Shown piece after piece: positions 20,585-33,243 of a stretch of 33,655 nt of DNA. Both the position numbers and the translations under genes were made by a program. Under the pieces are notes generated by a model. That model was not told the origin of the DNA and made no database searches. It saw nothing but the letters and a program-made list of their open reading frames with translations. This stretch comes from an uncultured Desulfocucumis sp. (GTDB lineage: Bacteria > Bacillota > Desulfotomaculia > Desulfotomaculales > Desulfocucumaceae): contig CBEULQ010000001.1 of NCBI GenBank assembly GCA_965543975.1, forward strand, positions 1 to 33,655, read 5' to 3'. The stretch's first letter is position 1. Every line of letters starts with the position of its first letter.

Positions 20585-20737
20585 TTCCTGCACCTCCAGT
20601 GCCGGCCGAAAGCTAGCGGTTCACGCGAGTCTGCCTGCAATGAACTTAGCTTTTCGGAACACGATCTACTACATATCCATAGGATTAATATTTAGTAAAA
20701 CTCTTTACTGCTACCAGTCGTGGCGTATCATTTCGAA

Positions 20738-21046
20738 TCAGAGCTTGATTTCAATATCCACACCCGCCGGCAGGTCCAGCCGCATTAAAGCGTCCACCGT
20801 TTTGGGAGTTGGCTCCAGTATGTCGATTAGGCGCTTGTGCGTTCTCATTTCGAACTGCTCCCGGGAGTCTTTGTTGACATGAGGGGAGCGCAGTATGGTG
20901 TAGATGTTCTTTTCGGTGGGCAGAGGTATTGGGCCGGCTACCGAGGCACCCGTCCTTTTAGCCGTCTCCACTATTTTTATGGCCGACTGGTCCAGCATGT
21001 TATGATCATAAGCTTTCAGCCTGATACGTATTTTTTGGCTCTTCAA
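20738..21046 (-). CDS. rpsJ: 30S ribosomal protein S10
   Basis: [37 protein letters not shown]; TTG start. Confidence 0.99.
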   Translation of the reverse strand: MKSQKIRIRLKAYDHNMLDQSAIKIVETAKRTGASVAGPIPLPTEKNIYTILRSPHVNKDSREQFEMRTHKRLIDILEPTPKTVDALMRLDLPAGVDIEIKL

Positions 21047-21228
21047 TACTTTTTAACCTCCCTTCGCCGTCAAAGCAAATCTCAGAGGCAAGCAATCACA
21101 TTGAGGCGGGAGGCAGAAAAAATTCCTCTCCCGCTATTACTCCGTCAGGAAATCCATTAGTCTTAAAGATTCCCTTCATTCTTACCTGCTGACAATTGGC
21201 AAAAGACTATTATTAAGGGCGAATTTTT

Positions 21229-22431
21229 TTACTCGATAATGGAGGTAACCACACCCGCGCCCACGGTACGGCCGCCCTCACGTATGGCGAAACGCAGACC
21301 TTCCTCAATGGCGATGGGGGTAATTAGTTTGATGTTGATCTTGATGTGGTCTCCGGGCATCACCATTTCCACTCCCTCCGGCAGTTCGGATACGCCGGTA
21401 ACGTCGGTGGTCCGGAAGTAGAACTGCGGGCGATATCCGTTAAAGAACGGTGTATGACGGCCGCCCTCTTCCTTGGTCAGCACGTATATTTCGCCGTTAA
21501 AGTGGGTGTGCGGTTTGATGCTGCCGGGTTTCGCCAATACCTGGCCCCGCTCTATTTCCTTACGGTCTACGCCCCGCAGCAGGCAACCCACGTTGTCTCC
21601 GGCTTCCCCGCGATCCAACAGCTTGCGGAACATTTCTACGCCGGTTACCACGGTCTTGCGAGGCTTATCCTGTAAACCGACTATTTCAATTTCTTCGCCA
21701 ACTTTGACGGCTCCCCGCTCGATCCTGCCGGTGGCCACGGTGCCCCGGCCGGTGATGGTGAATACGTCTTCCACGGGCATCAGGAAGGGTTTGTCTATGT
21801 CACGCTCCGGTGTGGGTACGTAGCTGTCAACCGCGTCCATCAGTTCCCAGATGCTTTTGCACCATTCGCATTCACGTTTGCCGCAGCCGCATTCCAGGGC
21901 TTTTAACGCGGATCCGGTGATGATGGGTATGTCGTCTCCGGGGAATTCATAGGCGGAGAGCAGTTCACGCACTTCCATGTCCACCAGTTCCAACAGTTCT
22001 GCATCGTCTACCATGTCGGCTTTGTTAAGGTATACCACGATGTAGGGTACGCCAACCTGGCGGGCCAGCAGTATGTGCTCACGGGTTTGCGGCATGGGGC
22101 CGTCGGCGGCGGATACCACCAGGATGGCGCCGTCCATCTGTGCAGCACCGGTGATCATGTTCTTTACGTAGTCGGCGTGGCCGGGGCAGTCCACGTGTGC
22201 GTAGTGCCTGGTGTCCGTTTCGTATTCCACGTGGGCGGTGTTGATGGTAATCCCGCGCTCACGCTCTTCAGGAGCGTTGTCAATTTCGTCGTATTTCTTT
22301 ACCGCGGCTTTTCCCACGGTGGACAGCACTGTGGTTATGGCTGCGGTCAGGGTGGTCTTGCCATGGTCTACGTGCCCGATGGTTCCTATGTTTACGTGCG
22401 GTTTGTTCCGTTCAAATTTCGCCTTTGCCAT
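21229..22431 (-). CDS. tuf: Elongation factor Tu
   Basis: [38 protein letters not shown]; carries a [11 protein letters not shown] insert. Confidence 0.99.
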   Translation of the reverse strand: MAKAKFERNKPHVNIGTIGHVDHGKTTLTAAITTVLSTVGKAAVKKYDEIDNAPEERERGITINTAHVEYETDTRHYAHVDCPGHADYVKNMITGAAQMDGAILVVSAADGPMPQTREHILLARQVGVPYIVVYLNKADMVDDAELLELVDMEVRELLSAYEFPGDDIPIITGSALKALECGCGKRECEWCKSIWELMDAVDSYVPTPERDIDKPFLMPVEDVFTITGRGTVATGRIERGAVKVGEEIEIVGLQDKPRKTVVTGVEMFRKLLDRGEAGDNVGCLLRGVDRKEIERGQVLAKPGSIKPHTHFNGEIYVLTKEEGGRHTPFFNGYRPQFYFRTTDVTGVSELPEGVEMVMPGDHIKINIKLITPIAIEEGLRFAIREGGRTVGAGVVTSIIE

Positions 22432-22515
22432 TTATTAATTTCTCCTGCCTTTCTAAATTAAAGTGTTAACTATTTAAAGGGCGTCAATCCACTGGGATTT
22501 GATTCCTCACTTATA

Positions 22516-24591
22516 TTAACCGTGGCGGCGGGCGATAATGCCTTCAGCGATATTCTGAGGCACCTCGGCATAATGGCTGAACTGCATAGTATAAGTACCA
22601 CGCCCCTGGGTCCTGGAGCGAAGATCGGTGGCGTATCCAAACATCTCGGACAAAGGCACCGTTGAGTGAATAACCTGGGTGTTACCCCTGGGCTCCATTT
22701 CCTCTATACGCCCCCGGCGGGAGTTCAGATCACCGATAACGTCCCCCATATACTCATCCATGACCACCACTTCCACCTTCATTATCGGTTCCAGCAGCAC
22801 TGCGCCGGATTTTTGCGCGGCGTTTTTAAAGCCCATGGAACCGGCAATTTTAAAGGCCATTTCCGAGGAATCGACCTCGTGGAAGGAACCGTCCACCAAG
22901 GTAGCTTTCATATCAATCATGGGATATCCTGCCAGCACCCCGTTTTCCATGGCTTCCCTGATACCAGCGTCCACTGCCGGAATATACTCCCTGGGAATAA
23001 CTCCACCGACTATTTTATTTGCAAACTCATAGCCGGCTCCCGGTTCAGTAGGCTCAATTTCCAGCACCACGTGGCCGTACTGTCCCCGGCCGCCGGACTG
23101 GCGAACAAATTTTCCTTCAGCCTTGGCCTTGCCTTTAATGGTTTCCCTGTAAGCCACCTGGGGACGGCCTACATTTGCCTCCACCTTGAATTCCCTGAGC
23201 AACCGGTCCACGATTATCTCCAGATGCAGTTCCCCCATCCCGGATATGATTGTCTGACCGGTCTCCGGGTCGGTGTGCATTCTGAATGTAGGGTCTTCAT
23301 CACTTAGTTTGGCCAGGGCTATACCCATTTTGTCCTGGTCAGCCTTGGTTTTTGGCTCTATGGCCACGGAAATAACCGGTTCGGGAAACTCCATGGATTC
23401 CAGTAGGATAGGAGTTTTTTCATCACACAGGGTATCCCCGGTGGTGGTATCCCGCAGGCCCACCGCGCTAGCTATATCGCCGGTGTATACCTGGCTTATT
23501 TCCTCCCGGTGGTTGGCGTGCATCTTTAATATACGCCCAACCCGCTCCCGCTTGCTTTTCGTTGAATTGAACACATAGGAACCGGAAGCCAAAATTCCTG
23601 AATACACCCTGAAAAATGTAAGTTTTCCTACATATGGGTCCGCCATTATCTTAAAAGCCAGCGCTGCAAAAGGCTGGTCGTCGGCAGCTGCCCGGATGTC
23701 TTCCCCGCCAGTGGCCGGGTTGACTCCCTTGATGGGAGGCACGTCGGTGGGCGCAGGCAAGTAATCCACTATGGCATCAAGCAGGGGCTGTACTCCTTTG
23801 TTTTTAAAGGAGGAACCGCACATAACCGGTATCATTTTAACCGACAGTGTAGCCTCTCTAAGACCCCGCTTAATATCATCGACGGTAAGTTCCTCGCCTT
23901 CAAGATATTTCAGCATCAATTCCTCATCGGATTCAGCTGCGGCTTCTAAAACCTTTTCCCGGTATTCGGCTACCAGATCCAACATATCCTCTGGAATCTC
24001 AGCAACTTCGCTTTTAGTGCCGAGGTCGTCGACGTACATTATTGCATTTTGTTTAATCAAATCAACAATGCCCCTAAAATTTTCCTCGCTGCCTATGGGC
24101 AGTTGCAGCGCCACCGGATTGGCACCCAGACGCTCCCGGATCATGTTTATTCCCCTGAAGAAATCCGCGCCTACCCGGTCCATTTTATTAATATAGGCTA
24201 TCCTTGGAACACCATATTTATCTGCCTGACGCCAGACCGTTTCGGACTGGGGTTCCACTCCCCCAACTGAGCAAAAGACCGCAACCGCACCGTCAAGAAC
24301 CCTAAGGGAGCGCTCTACCTCAACTGTAAAATCCACGTGGCCGGGCGTGTCAATAATGTTTATACAGTGATCGCCCCATTGACAGGTGGTGGCTGCGGAG
24401 GTAATGGTAATACCCCGCTCCTGTTCTTGCACCATCCAGTCCATGGTGGCCGCACCATCATGTACCTCGCCTATTTTATGAACCTTGCCCGTGTAAAACA
24501 GTATACGTTCGGTGGTGGTGGTCTTGCCGGCGTCTATGTGAGCCATGATACCTATGTTGCGTGTCTTCTCTAACGGAAATTGCCGCGCCAT
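22516..24591 (-). CDS. fusA: Elongation factor G
   Basis: [45 protein letters not shown]; start moved to ATG 24591. Confidence 0.99.
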   Translation of the reverse strand: MARQFPLEKTRNIGIMAHIDAGKTTTTERILFYTGKVHKIGEVHDGAATMDWMVQEQERGITITSAATTCQWGDHCINIIDTPGHVDFTVEVERSLRVLDGAVAVFCSVGGVEPQSETVWRQADKYGVPRIAYINKMDRVGADFFRGINMIRERLGANPVALQLPIGSEENFRGIVDLIKQNAIMYVDDLGTKSEVAEIPEDMLDLVAEYREKVLEAAAESDEELMLKYLEGEELTVDDIKRGLREATLSVKMIPVMCGSSFKNKGVQPLLDAIVDYLPAPTDVPPIKGVNPATGGEDIRAAADDQPFAALAFKIMADPYVGKLTFFRVYSGILASGSYVFNSTKSKRERVGRILKMHANHREEISQVYTGDIASAVGLRDTTTGDTLCDEKTPILLESMEFPEPVISVAIEPKTKADQDKMGIALAKLSDEDPTFRMHTDPETGQTIISGMGELHLEIIVDRLLREFKVEANVGRPQVAYRETIKGKAKAEGKFVRQSGGRGQYGHVVLEIEPTEPGAGYEFANKIVGGVIPREYIPAVDAGIREAMENGVLAGYPMIDMKATLVDGSFHEVDSSEMAFKIAGSMGFKNAAQKSGAVLLEPIMKVEVVVMDEYMGDVIGDLNSRRGRIEEMEPRGNTQVIHSTVPLSEMFGYATDLRSRTQGRGTYTMQFSHYAEVPQNIAEGIIARRHG

Positions 24592-24604
24592 CAAGACTAC
24601 CTCC

Positions 24605-25075
24605 TTACCACCTGTAATGAGCGAAGGCTTTGTTAGCTTCAGCCATTTTATGTGTGTCTTCCCTCTTCTTAACGGTAGCACCAGTATTGTTGGCAGCATC
24701 CATTATTTCGGCGGCCAGTTTTTCTTTCATGCTCTTGCCGCCCCGTGCCCTGGCATAGTTGGTCAGCCACCTGATGCCCAGCGTCTGGCGCCTTTCGTGA
24801 CGAACCTCCACGGGAACCTGATAGTTGGCGCCACCAACCCGGCGTGCCTTAACTTCCAGAACAGGCATGACATTTTTCATAGCCTGCTCGAACACCTCAA
24901 CCGGGCTTTTCCCTGTTTTTTCACGGATCATCTCAAATGCGCCGTAGCAAATCTTCTCTGCTACACCTTTATTGCCGTCCAGCATCACCTGATTGATAAG
25001 TTTTGTGATAACCTTGTTGTTGAATACCGGATCCGGTACCACATCAACTTTAGCCCGCGAACCTCTTCTAGGCAT
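24605..25075 (-). CDS. rpsG: 30S ribosomal protein S7
   Basis: [31 protein letters not shown]. Confidence 0.99.
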   Translation of the reverse strand: MPRRGSRAKVDVVPDPVFNNKVITKLINQVMLDGNKGVAEKICYGAFEMIREKTGKSPVEVFEQAMKNVMPVLEVKARRVGGANYQVPVEVRHERRQTLGIRWLTNYARARGGKSMKEKLAAEIMDAANNTGATVKKREDTHKMAEANKAFAHYRW

Positions 25076-25237
25076 ATATATCCCCCCTTTGCCTCGAAAA
25101 TCGCCTTATGCCACGGGCGCTTTCCCAAGCAACTTCAAAAATTGAGAAAAACTGCAGGTAACATAAAGATAACAGATATTTTTTCCAAAAATAAATATTC
25201 CATCCCCGCCGGATAACGGCGGGATACCGGGTATTGA

Positions 25238-25612
25238 TTATTTTTTAGGACGTTTGCTGCCGTATTTTGAACGGCCCCGGTTTCTGTTCTGAACACCGGC
25301 GGAATCCAGAGCACCCCTGACTATATGATACCTTACGCCGGGAAGGTCTTTGACCCTGCCGCCGCGAACCAGAACAACCGAGTGCTCCTGCAAATTGTGT
25401 CCTATACCCGGAATATAGGAGGTCACCTCGATACCGTTGGTAAGCCTGACCCTCGCAACCTTGCGCAGGGCGGAGTTCGGCTTTTTAGGCGTGGTGGTAT
25501 ACACCCTGGTACATACGCCGCGTTTCTGAGGGCACTCTTTTAACGCCGGAGCTGATGACTTTTTAAATGTTTCCTCTCTGCCCCTGCGGATTAATTGGTT
25601 GATCGTGGGCAT
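25238..25612 (-). CDS. rpsL: 30S ribosomal protein S12
   Basis: [27 protein letters not shown]; start moved to ATG 25612. Confidence 0.99.
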   Translation of the reverse strand: MPTINQLIRRGREETFKKSSAPALKECPQKRGVCTRVYTTTPKKPNSALRKVARVRLTNGIEVTSYIPGIGHNLQEHSVVLVRGGRVKDLPGVRYHIVRGALDSAGVQNRNRGRSKYGSKRPKK

Positions 25613-25654
25613 CCGCATACACCTCCTTCCTAAAAACACCTGTAAATTAAATTT

Positions 25655-25682
25655 CCGCTCCGGCGGCATTAAGCCGGAGCGG
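25655..25682. other. Perfect 10-bp GC-rich hairpin in the ybxF-rpsL spacer
   Basis: ccgctccggc-ggcattaa-gccggagcgg; no U-tract directly after it on the mRNA strand. Confidence 0.7.
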
Positions 25683-25701
25683 CCAAAGTTAATTAATAAA
25701 A

Positions 25702-25953
25702 TCAGTCTTCCACCACAGCCGCTGAAGCACAGCCTACCTCAATGCCGCAGGCCTTGCCCAGCCCTAGCATGGTGTCCACTTTTATAACCTCAACGCCTTT
25801 TGACGCGCAACTTTTGATGATGGGGTCTATTACGTGACGTTCGGCGTTACTGGCTATGTATACGACTTTTGCCTGCCCCCGTTCTATGGATTTCATCGTC
25901 TGTTTCATCCCTATGGTTTTTTTCCGGGCTTTCAACAGCCGCTCATAGGGCAT
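25702..25953 (-). CDS. ybxF: L7Ae-family K-turn-binding protein (YbxF-like)
   Basis: [10 protein letters not shown]...VYIASNA...[15 protein letters not shown]; usual position upstream of rpsL; ATG 25953 after SD GGAGG. Confidence 0.93.
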   Translation of the reverse strand: MPYERLLKARKKTIGMKQTMKSIERGQAKVVYIASNAERHVIDPIIKSCASKGVEVIKVDTMLGLGKACGIEVGCASAAVVED

Positions 25954-25988
25954 CTGCAAGACACCTCCGTAAAACCAGACACTTTTGT

Positions 25989-26017
25989 ATATTAACACCA
26001 ACCACACCAAAAGTCAA
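25989..26017 (-). promoter_or_regulatory. sigmaA promoter of the ybxF-str operon
   Basis: TTGACT - 17 bp - TAATAT with an extended -10 TG. Confidence 0.75.
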
Positions 26018-26035
26018 CACGATAAAACTTTTGTT

Positions 26036-29000
26036 TTATTTTCGGGCAATATTTTCCTCGCTATACAGATAACTTTCTTCCAAGAAATCCGTTTTGCCCA
26101 TATCGTATTCCTCTTCGGGCAGTCCGTCAATATCATGGTCGGTTCCGCCCTCTTCCAGTAATTCGATGTTGCGGTAACGGCTCATGCCGGTTCCCGCCGG
26201 AACCAGTTTGCCTATAATTACGTTTTCTTTTAAGCCCAGCAGGGGGTCTGTTTTACCCTTAATAGCAGCCTCGGTAAGCACTCTAGTGGTTTCCTGGAAG
26301 GATGCCGCCGACAGGAAGGAATCAGTTGCCAGGGATGCCTTGGTGATTCCCAGCAGTACACCCTTGGCATCAGCCGGCTCACCGCCGTTTGCTAAAACCA
26401 TTTCGTTTTCGGCCTCCAACTCAAATATGTCTACCAGGCTGCCCGGCAACAAGTTTGTGTCCCCGGCATCTTCAATTTTAACCTTTCGGAGCATCTGCCT
26501 GATCATTACTTCTATATGTTTGTCGTTAATGTCGACGCCCTGCAGGCGGTAAACCCGCTGAACTTCTTGCAAGAGATACAACTGCACGCCTTGGGGACCC
26601 TTTATCTTTAATAAATCGTGGGGATTTACCGAACCCTCGGTAAGTTCGTCCCCGGGTCCCACCCGGTCGCCTTGCCTTACCTTAATGCGTGCACCGTAAG
26701 GAACCTGATATAGATTTTTTTCTCCGTCGTCACTGGTAGTTTCTATTTCCCGGCGGCCTTTAACTTCCCTGATTTCCACCACACCGGAATTTTCAGCTAT
26801 AACTGCCTGGCCTTTAGGCCTGCGGGCCTCAAAGAGTTCCTCAACCCTGGGAAGACCCTGGGTAATATCGTCTCCGGCCACGCCTCCGGTGTGGAATGTG
26901 CGCATTGTAAGCTGGGTGCCCGGTTCCCCGATGGACTGGGCGGCAATAATTCCCACCGCCTCTCCAATGTCAACCACTCCGCCGGTAGCCAGGTTTTTGC
27001 CGTAGCAATTCCGGCAGACGCCGTAACGGCTTTTACAGGTAAGCACCGAACGTATTTTGATCTTTTTAATCCCCGCTTCAATAATCCTGCTGGCCTCATA
27101 GCCCGAATTCCTGTCATTGGCTATTACCTTGCCCTTGGCAACGATAACCTCTCCGGTTTCGGGATGTATTATGTCCTCCAGGGCCATACGCCCTATTATC
27201 CTGTCCTCGAGTTTTTCAATCACTTCGGTGCCGTCTTTTATTTCCTCAACCACAATACCCTCTTCGGTACCGCAGTCTATTTCCCTTACGATAACGTCCT
27301 GGGCCACATCCACCAGGCGGCGGGTGAGGTAACCGGAGTCCGCGGTGCGCAGAGCGGTATCAGCCAGACCCTTGCGGGCGCCGTGGGTGGAGATGAAGTA
27401 TTCCAGCACGGTGAGGCCTTCACGGAAATTAGCCTTGATGGGCAAGTCGATAATCCTGCCGGAGGGGTCAGCCATAAGGCCCCTCATTCCTGCCAACTGG
27501 CGAATCTGCTGCTTATTACCCCGGGCACCGGAATTAGCCATCATGTATACCGGATTAAAACGGTCCAGCGTTTCCATCAGGGCCTCGGTAACTTGCTCCG
27601 TAGCATCGTTCCAAAGCCCGATGACCTTGCGGTAGCGCTCGTCTTCAGTTATCAGCCCCCGACGGTAATTGTGTTCAACTTTTTCCACTTCTTGTTCGGT
27701 TTTGGTCAGTATATCCTTCTTCTGGGGCGGAATTATTATATCCGACAGGGCTATTGTCACCCCCGCCCTGCTGGCGTAGTGAAAACCGAGCTTTTTTAAA
27801 CCGTCCAGCAGTGCCCCGGTGGCTGACAGGCCCAGTTCATTGTAGCACTCGTCAACAATTTTGCTGAGCGCTTTCTTGTCGGCGACCAGATTTTTATAAC
27901 CCAGTCTGGCCGGAATTACTTCGTTGAATATGAGCCGGCCCACGGTTGTTTCCAGCATTTCACCCTTATACCTGACTTTGATCCTGGCGTGCAGGCTAAG
28001 AGCGTTATTTTGATGGGCCATAATGGCCTCTTCCTTATCCCTGAAAACCTTGTCTTCTCCCAGCACCCCTTCTTTTTCCATGGTAAGGTAGTAACAGCCA
28101 AGCACCATATCCTGGGTGGGAACAGCCACAGGGCGCCCGTCTTTCGGGTTTAATATATTATGTGCAGATAACATTAATAGTCTTGCCTCGGCCTGAGCCT
28201 CAGCGGATAATGGTACGTGAACCGCCATCTGGTCGCCGTCAAAGTCGGCATTGTAGGCAGTACATACCATGGGGTGAATTTGTATGGCCCGGCCCTCCAC
28301 CAGCACCGGTTCGAATGCCTGGATACCCAGCCTGTGCAATGTGGGCGCCCGGTTAAGAAGCACCGGGTGCTGGCTGATAACCTCTTCCAAAACATCCCAT
28401 ACCTCCGGCCTCACCCGCTCCACCATGCGCTTGGCGCTTTTAATGTTATGGGCGTAACCGTCATTAACCAATCTTTTCATCACGAAAGGTTTAAAAAGTT
28501 CCAAAGCCATTTCCTTTGGCAAGCCACACTGATGCATCTGCAAGGTGGGTCCCACCACGATAACCGACCTGCCGGAATAGTCAACCCTTTTGCCCAGCAG
28601 GTTCTGGCGAAAGCGCCCCTGTTTGCCCTTTAGCATATCGCTTAATGATTTCAGCGGCCTGTTTCCCGGGCCGGTAACCGGTCTTCCCCGGCGTCCATTG
28701 TCGATAAGGGCATCCACCGCTTCCTGCAGCATCCTTTTTTCGTTACGTACAATAATATCCGGGGCACCCAGGTCCAGAAGCCTTTTGAGGCGGTTGTTAC
28801 GGTTAATTACCCGGCGGTACAGGTCGTTCAGGTCCGAGGTGGCGAACCTGCCGCCGTCCAGTTGCACCATAGGGCGCAGTTCCGGTGGAATAACAGGTAT
28901 AACATCCATGATCATCCACTCCGGACGGTTACCCGAAGCTCGAAAAGCTTCAACCACCTCCAACCGGCGGATGGCACGGATTTTTCGCTGACCTGTAACC

Positions 29001-29590
29001 TCCCGCAGTTCCTGGCGCAGTTCCCGGCTCAATTCTTCCAGGTCGATCTCCTCTAAGAGCTTTTTAATCGACTCGGCGCCCATACCGGCTTTAAAGCTGC
29101 TCCCGTACTTTTCCCTGTACTCCCTGTATTCGTTTTCGGTTAGCAGTTGTTTTTTAATTAATCCCGTATCGCCGCCATCTGTGACTATATATGATACAAA
29201 ATATAACACTTTTTCCAGTGCCCTGGGTGACATATCCAAAAGCAGTCCCATGCGGCTGGGTATTCCCTTGAAATACCATATATGCGATACCGGAGCGGCC
29301 AGCACTATGTTGCCCAAGCGCTCCCGGCGAACTTTGGAGCGGGTTACCTCCACGCCGCAGCGGTCACAGATAACACCCTTATAACGAACCCGTTTATATT
29401 TGCCGCAGTGGCATTCCCAGTCCCTGGTGGGTCCAAAAATACGTTCGCAAAAGAGTCCGTCCCGCTCGGGCTTTAGCGTCCTGTAGTTAATTGTTTCCGG
29501 CTTTTTTACCTCGCCGCTCGACCATTCCAGTATCTGTTGCGGGGATGCAAGACCGATGCGAATACGGTCAAAGTTGTTGAGATCCAGCAA
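26036..29590 (-). CDS. rpoC: RNA polymerase beta' subunit
   Basis: KPETINYRT, Zn finger CHC...[26 protein letters not shown]; TTG 29590 after SD AGGGAG. Confidence 0.99.
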   Translation of the reverse strand: MLDLNNFDRIRIGLASPQQILEWSSGEVKKPETINYRTLKPERDGLFCERIFGPTRDWECHCGKYKRVRYKGVICDRCGVEVTRSKVRRERLGNIVLAAPVSHIWYFKGIPSRMGLLLDMSPRALEKVLYFVSYIVTDGGDTGLIKKQLLTENEYREYREKYGSSFKAGMGAESIKKLLEEIDLEELSRELRQELREVTGQRKIRAIRRLEVVEAFRASGNRPEWMIMDVIPVIPPELRPMVQLDGGRFATSDLNDLYRRVINRNNRLKRLLDLGAPDIIVRNEKRMLQEAVDALIDNGRRGRPVTGPGNRPLKSLSDMLKGKQGRFRQNLLGKRVDYSGRSVIVVGPTLQMHQCGLPKEMALELFKPFVMKRLVNDGYAHNIKSAKRMVERVRPEVWDVLEEVISQHPVLLNRAPTLHRLGIQAFEPVLVEGRAIQIHPMVCTAYNADFDGDQMAVHVPLSAEAQAEARLLMLSAHNILNPKDGRPVAVPTQDMVLGCYYLTMEKEGVLGEDKVFRDKEEAIMAHQNNALSLHARIKVRYKGEMLETTVGRLIFNEVIPARLGYKNLVADKKALSKIVDECYNELGLSATGALLDGLKKLGFHYASRAGVTIALSDIIIPPQKKDILTKTEQEVEKVEHNYRRGLITEDERYRKVIGLWNDATEQVTEALMETLDRFNPVYMMANSGARGNKQQIRQLAGMRGLMADPSGRIIDLPIKANFREGLTVLEYFISTHGARKGLADTALRTADSGYLTRRLVDVAQDVIVREIDCGTEEGIVVEEIKDGTEVIEKLEDRIIGRMALEDIIHPETGEVIVAKGKVIANDRNSGYEASRIIEAGIKKIKIRSVLTCKSRYGVCRNCYGKNLATGGVVDIGEAVGIIAAQSIGEPGTQLTMRTFHTGGVAGDDITQGLPRVEELFEARRPKGQAVIAENSGVVEIREVKGRREIETTSDDGEKNLYQVPYGARIKVRQGDRVGPGDELTEGSVNPHDLLKIKGPQGVQLYLLQEVQRVYRLQGVDINDKHIEVMIRQMLRKVKIEDAGDTNLLPGSLVDIFELEAENEMVLANGGEPADAKGVLLGITKASLATDSFLSAASFQETTRVLTEAAIKGKTDPLLGLKENVIIGKLVPAGTGMSRYRNIELLEEGGTDHDIDGLPEEEYDMGKTDFLEESYLYSEENIARK

Positions 29591-29654
29591 AAGACCACGC
29601 TCCCTTAGGATTTTTGCAGACTCTTCCTTATGGGGTGAGAGGTGCAACTCTCAA

Positions 29655-32600
29655 TCAGCCCGTTTCCTCTTCGTCCAGGTCGTCAAAATCATCCCCCATA
29701 TAATCCTCTTCAGCAATCTCTTCCTCGTCCTCAACCTCGTCGGAGTCATAATCATCGTTGCCTCCGGAAGGAATGTTATCCTCGTGCAAATCCAGGCCCA
29801 AGTCTTTGGCCGTTTCGTTTATGTCTTCCTCAACCTCTTTAATCTCAATCTCCCGATCGTCCTCCGAAAGCACCTTTACGTCAAGGCCCAGGCTTTGCAA
29901 TTCCTTTATAAGCACCTTGAAGGATTCCGGAACGCCCGGTTCCGGTACATTTTCTCCCTTGACGATGGCCTCGTAGGTTTTAACCCTGCCCACCACGTCA
30001 TCAGATTTAACAGTTAGTATTTCCTGCAGTGTATAAGCCGCGCCGTAAGCTTCCAGAGCCCAAACCTCCATTTCGCCGAAACGCTGACCACCGAACTGAG
30101 CCTTGCCACCCAGGGGCTGCTGGGTGACCAGGGAATATGGACCGGTGGAACGGGCGTGAATCTTATCATCCACCAGGTGGGCCAGTTTAAGCATATACAC
30201 ATAACCGACAGTTATAGGGTTGTCATAGGGTTCACCGGTTCTGCCGTCGTACAGGGTAATCTTCCCTATTTCCGGGTGTCCGGCTTTTTTAAGGGAATCC
30301 AGAATATCTTGCTCTGTAGCTCCGTTAAACACCGGTGTGGCTACCTTGTATCCCAGAGCGTTGGCGGCCCATCCCAGGTGGGCCTCAAGCACCTGCCCGA
30401 TGTTCATTCTGGAGGGAACCCCCAGGGGGTTTAAAACTATCTCAACGGGAGTTCCGTCCGGCAGGAAAGGCATATCCTCCTCCGGCAGGATGCGGGCGAT
30501 GACACCCTTGTTCCCGTGGCGCCCCGCCATTTTGTCGCCCTCGGATATTTTTCTTTTCTGGGCTATATATACCCGCACCAGCTGGTTTACCCCGGGCGGC
30601 AGTTCGTCTCCATTTTCCCTGGAGAATACCTTTACATCCACTATCTTTCCGGATTCTCCGTGGGGCACCCGCAGTGAAGTATCACGTACCTCCCTGGCCT
30701 TTTCCCCGAAAATGGCTCGTAGCAAGCGTTCCTCGGCTGTCAGCTCCGTTTCGCCCTTAGGGGTTACCTTGCCCACCAGAATATCTCCGGGCCGGACTTC
30801 GGCCCCCACCCGGATGATTCCCCGGTCATCAAGATCCTTTAATATCTCTTCACCAACGTTGGGAATGTCTCTGGTGATTTCCTCGGGACCTAGTTTTGTG
30901 TCCCTGGCATCACACTCATATTCCTCAATGTGAATAGAGGTGAAAAAGTCTTCTTTTACAGCCTTTTCACTTACCAGAATAGCATCCTCGTAATTGTAGC
31001 CCTCCCAGGGCATAAAAGCCACCAGAACATTGCGCCCTAAAGCCAGTTCCCCGTAATCTGTGGACGGGCCGTCGGCAATAATCTGGTTTGCCTCAACCCT
31101 TTCGCCTTTTTTAACTATAGGCTTCTGGTTGATACAGGTGCCCTGGTTAGACCGAGTAAATTTAAGCAATTTATAGGTTTCCAGGTTCCCCTGGTCGTTC
31201 CTGATGGCAATGTCGTTGGCAGTCACCCTTTCCACTGTTCCGGTGTTGCGGGAGATCGCCACCACGCCTGAATCTTTGGCCGCCTTGTGCTCAATTCCTG
31301 TTCCCACAAGGGGAGCCTGGGCTTTTAACAGGGGGACGGCCTGGCGCTGCATGTTTGCCCCCATCAGGGCACGGTTGGCGTCGTCATGTTCCAGAAACGG
31401 TATCAGGGCTGTGGCAACGCTGAAAACCTGTTTGGGGGAAACATCCATGTAATCAACCCGGTCCGCGGGAACAACCACTATCTCCGGCGATCTGGCATTT
31501 ACCTTGCTCTCCAGGAAGCGTCCTTCCTCGTCCAGCGGAGCGTTGGCCTGGGCTATGATAACCCCTTCTTCCTCATCCGCGGTTAAGTACACTATCTCTT
31601 CAGTTACCTTCCTGGTTTCCTTATCAACTTTGCGATATGGTGTTTCAATAAAGCCAAAGGAATTTATCCTGGCGTATGTACTCAGTGAACCTATCAGGCC
31701 GATGTTAGGACCTTCGGGGGTCTCAATGGGGCACATGCGGCCGTAGTGTGAATGGTGCACGTCCCTAACCTCGAAACCCGCACGCTCGCGGCTTAAACCT
31801 CCCGGTCCCAGGGCTGAAAGTCTGCGTTTATGGGTTAATTCCGCCAGCGGGTTGGTTTGGTCCATGAACTGGGAAAGCTGGCTGGAACCAAAGAACTCTT
31901 TTATGGCAGCCACAACGGGCCTTATATTGATAAGCACCTGGGGTGTTATCACGTCAACATCCTGGATAGTCATCCGCTCCCGGACCACTCTCTCCATTCT
32001 GGACAGGCCTATTCTGAACTGGTTTTGCAGCAGTTCGCCCACCGAGCGCAGTCGGCGGTTACCCAGATGGTCAATATCGTCAACATGACCCTTTAGCTCC
32101 ATCAGTCCCAGGAGATATTTTACCGTCTGCAAAATATCCGTGGGAGTAAGCGACCTTATAAACTCGTGCCTAATGGGAATATATTTACGCAAATAAGGAT
32201 CGTACTCACTGATGCCCGCCGCGGCTCCTGATTCCCCTGCGGCCTCAGTCATTTCCAGCGTTATCACTGTGCCCTTCCTGGCAATTATTTCACCGGTTTC
32301 TGATAAAATAACGTCTTTCTCCAGCGGCTCATCGGAATACCTGTATAATATCCCATGTTTTAACTTCTTTTGAATTTTATAGCGGCCGACATTAGCCAGG
32401 TCATACAGCTTGGGGTCAAAGAAAAGCGTTTCCAAGAGTGATCTGGCGCTCTCCACCGTTGGCGGCTCGCCCGGGCGCAGCTTTTTATATATTTCCACCA
32501 GGGCTTCTTCCTCGGAATCAGTGTTATCCCTGGTAAGGGTTTCCTGGATATGCTTGTTCTCATTAAACAATTCAACCATCATACTGTTCGAACCGTAACC

Positions 32601-33188
32601 CAGCGCCCTGATTAATACTGTCACAGGTATCTTCCTGGTACGGTCAATACGTACAAAAATATGGTCATTGACATCGGTTTCAAACTCCAGCCAGGCGCCA
32701 CGGTTAGGGATGATAGTTGCGGTATACAGTTTTTTACCGCTGGGATCAATCTGTTCCGCAAAATACACACCCGGGGAACGAACCAACTGGGAAACAATAA
32801 CCCTTTCCGCCCCGTTAATAATGAATGTTCCCTTTTCCGTCATCAGGGGGAAATCTCCCATGAACACTTCCTGTTCCTTTACCTCGCCCGTCTCCTTGTT
32901 AATCAGGCGAACTTTAACCCGGAGCGGAGCGGCATAAGTAACGTCACGCTCCTTACATTCCTCCACCTTGTACTTTGGTTCACCCAGGGTATAATCCAGG
33001 AATTCCAGCACTAGATTGCCGGTAAAATCCTGAATTGGGGAAATATCGTGAAATACTTCCCGGAGGCCCTCACGTAAAAACCACTGATATGAATTGCGCT
33101 GCACTTCAATCAGGTTGGGCAGTTCCAGTACCTCTCTTAGTTTCCCGAAGCTCTTCCTGTTACTGGAACCCACCTTTACGGCATTCAT
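29655..33188 (-). CDS. rpoB: RNA polymerase beta subunit
   Basis: [48 protein letters not shown]; acidic C-terminal tail; start ATG 33188 (GTG 33197 alternative). Confidence 0.99.
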   Translation of the reverse strand: MNAVKVGSSNRKSFGKLREVLELPNLIEVQRNSYQWFLREGLREVFHDISPIQDFTGNLVLEFLDYTLGEPKYKVEECKERDVTYAAPLRVKVRLINKETGEVKEQEVFMGDFPLMTEKGTFIINGAERVIVSQLVRSPGVYFAEQIDPSGKKLYTATIIPNRGAWLEFETDVNDHIFVRIDRTRKIPVTVLIRALGYGSNSMMVELFNENKHIQETLTRDNTDSEEEALVEIYKKLRPGEPPTVESARSLLETLFFDPKLYDLANVGRYKIQKKLKHGILYRYSDEPLEKDVILSETGEIIARKGTVITLEMTEAAGESGAAAGISEYDPYLRKYIPIRHEFIRSLTPTDILQTVKYLLGLMELKGHVDDIDHLGNRRLRSVGELLQNQFRIGLSRMERVVRERMTIQDVDVITPQVLINIRPVVAAIKEFFGSSQLSQFMDQTNPLAELTHKRRLSALGPGGLSRERAGFEVRDVHHSHYGRMCPIETPEGPNIGLIGSLSTYARINSFGFIETPYRKVDKETRKVTEEIVYLTADEEEGVIIAQANAPLDEEGRFLESKVNARSPEIVVVPADRVDYMDVSPKQVFSVATALIPFLEHDDANRALMGANMQRQAVPLLKAQAPLVGTGIEHKAAKDSGVVAISRNTGTVERVTANDIAIRNDQGNLETYKLLKFTRSNQGTCINQKPIVKKGERVEANQIIADGPSTDYGELALGRNVLVAFMPWEGYNYEDAILVSEKAVKEDFFTSIHIEEYECDARDTKLGPEEITRDIPNVGEEILKDLDDRGIIRVGAEVRPGDILVGKVTPKGETELTAEERLLRAIFGEKAREVRDTSLRVPHGESGKIVDVKVFSRENGDELPPGVNQLVRVYIAQKRKISEGDKMAGRHGNKGVIARILPEEDMPFLPDGTPVEIVLNPLGVPSRMNIGQVLEAHLGWAANALGYKVATPVFNGATEQDILDSLKKAGHPEIGKITLYDGRTGEPYDNPITVGYVYMLKLAHLVDDKIHARSTGPYSLVTQQPLGGKAQFGGQRFGEMEVWALEAYGAAYTLQEILTVKSDDVVGRVKTYEAIVKGENVPEPGVPESFKVLIKELQSLGLDVKVLSEDDREIEIKEVEEDINETAKDLGLDLHEDNIPSGGNDDYDSDEVEDEEEIAEEDYMGDDFDDLDEEETG

Positions 33189-33243
33189 GTATTGCACCAC
33201 ACCCCTCATGAAAGTCAACAAACCTAATAATTAGAAACAACGA

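Noticed and set aside
24592-24699. N-terminal extensions in the ORF track (fusA, infA, map, rplX, rplE, rpsL, rpoC, rplO and others)
   Set aside because: Longest-ORF artefacts; downstream starts have proper SD spacing and match the conserved N-termini.
25135-25203. 22-aa hydrophobic ORF MEYLFLEKISVIFMLPAVFLNF in the rpsL-rpsG spacer
   Set aside because: Hydrophobicity follows from T-richness; it is very short and has no properly spaced SD.
26891-27799. Long plus-strand ORFs (302 aa here; also 22666-23307, 24545-25216, 30337-30933, 7279-7869)
   Set aside because: Antisense shadows of conserved genes, with no recognisable domains or SDs.
31790-31910. Rifampicin-resistance changes in RpoB, and streptomycin-resistance changes in S12
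   Set aside because: Cluster I reads [29 protein letters not shown] and S12 keeps PKKPNS and RVKDLPG, i.e. the usual sensitive-type residues.
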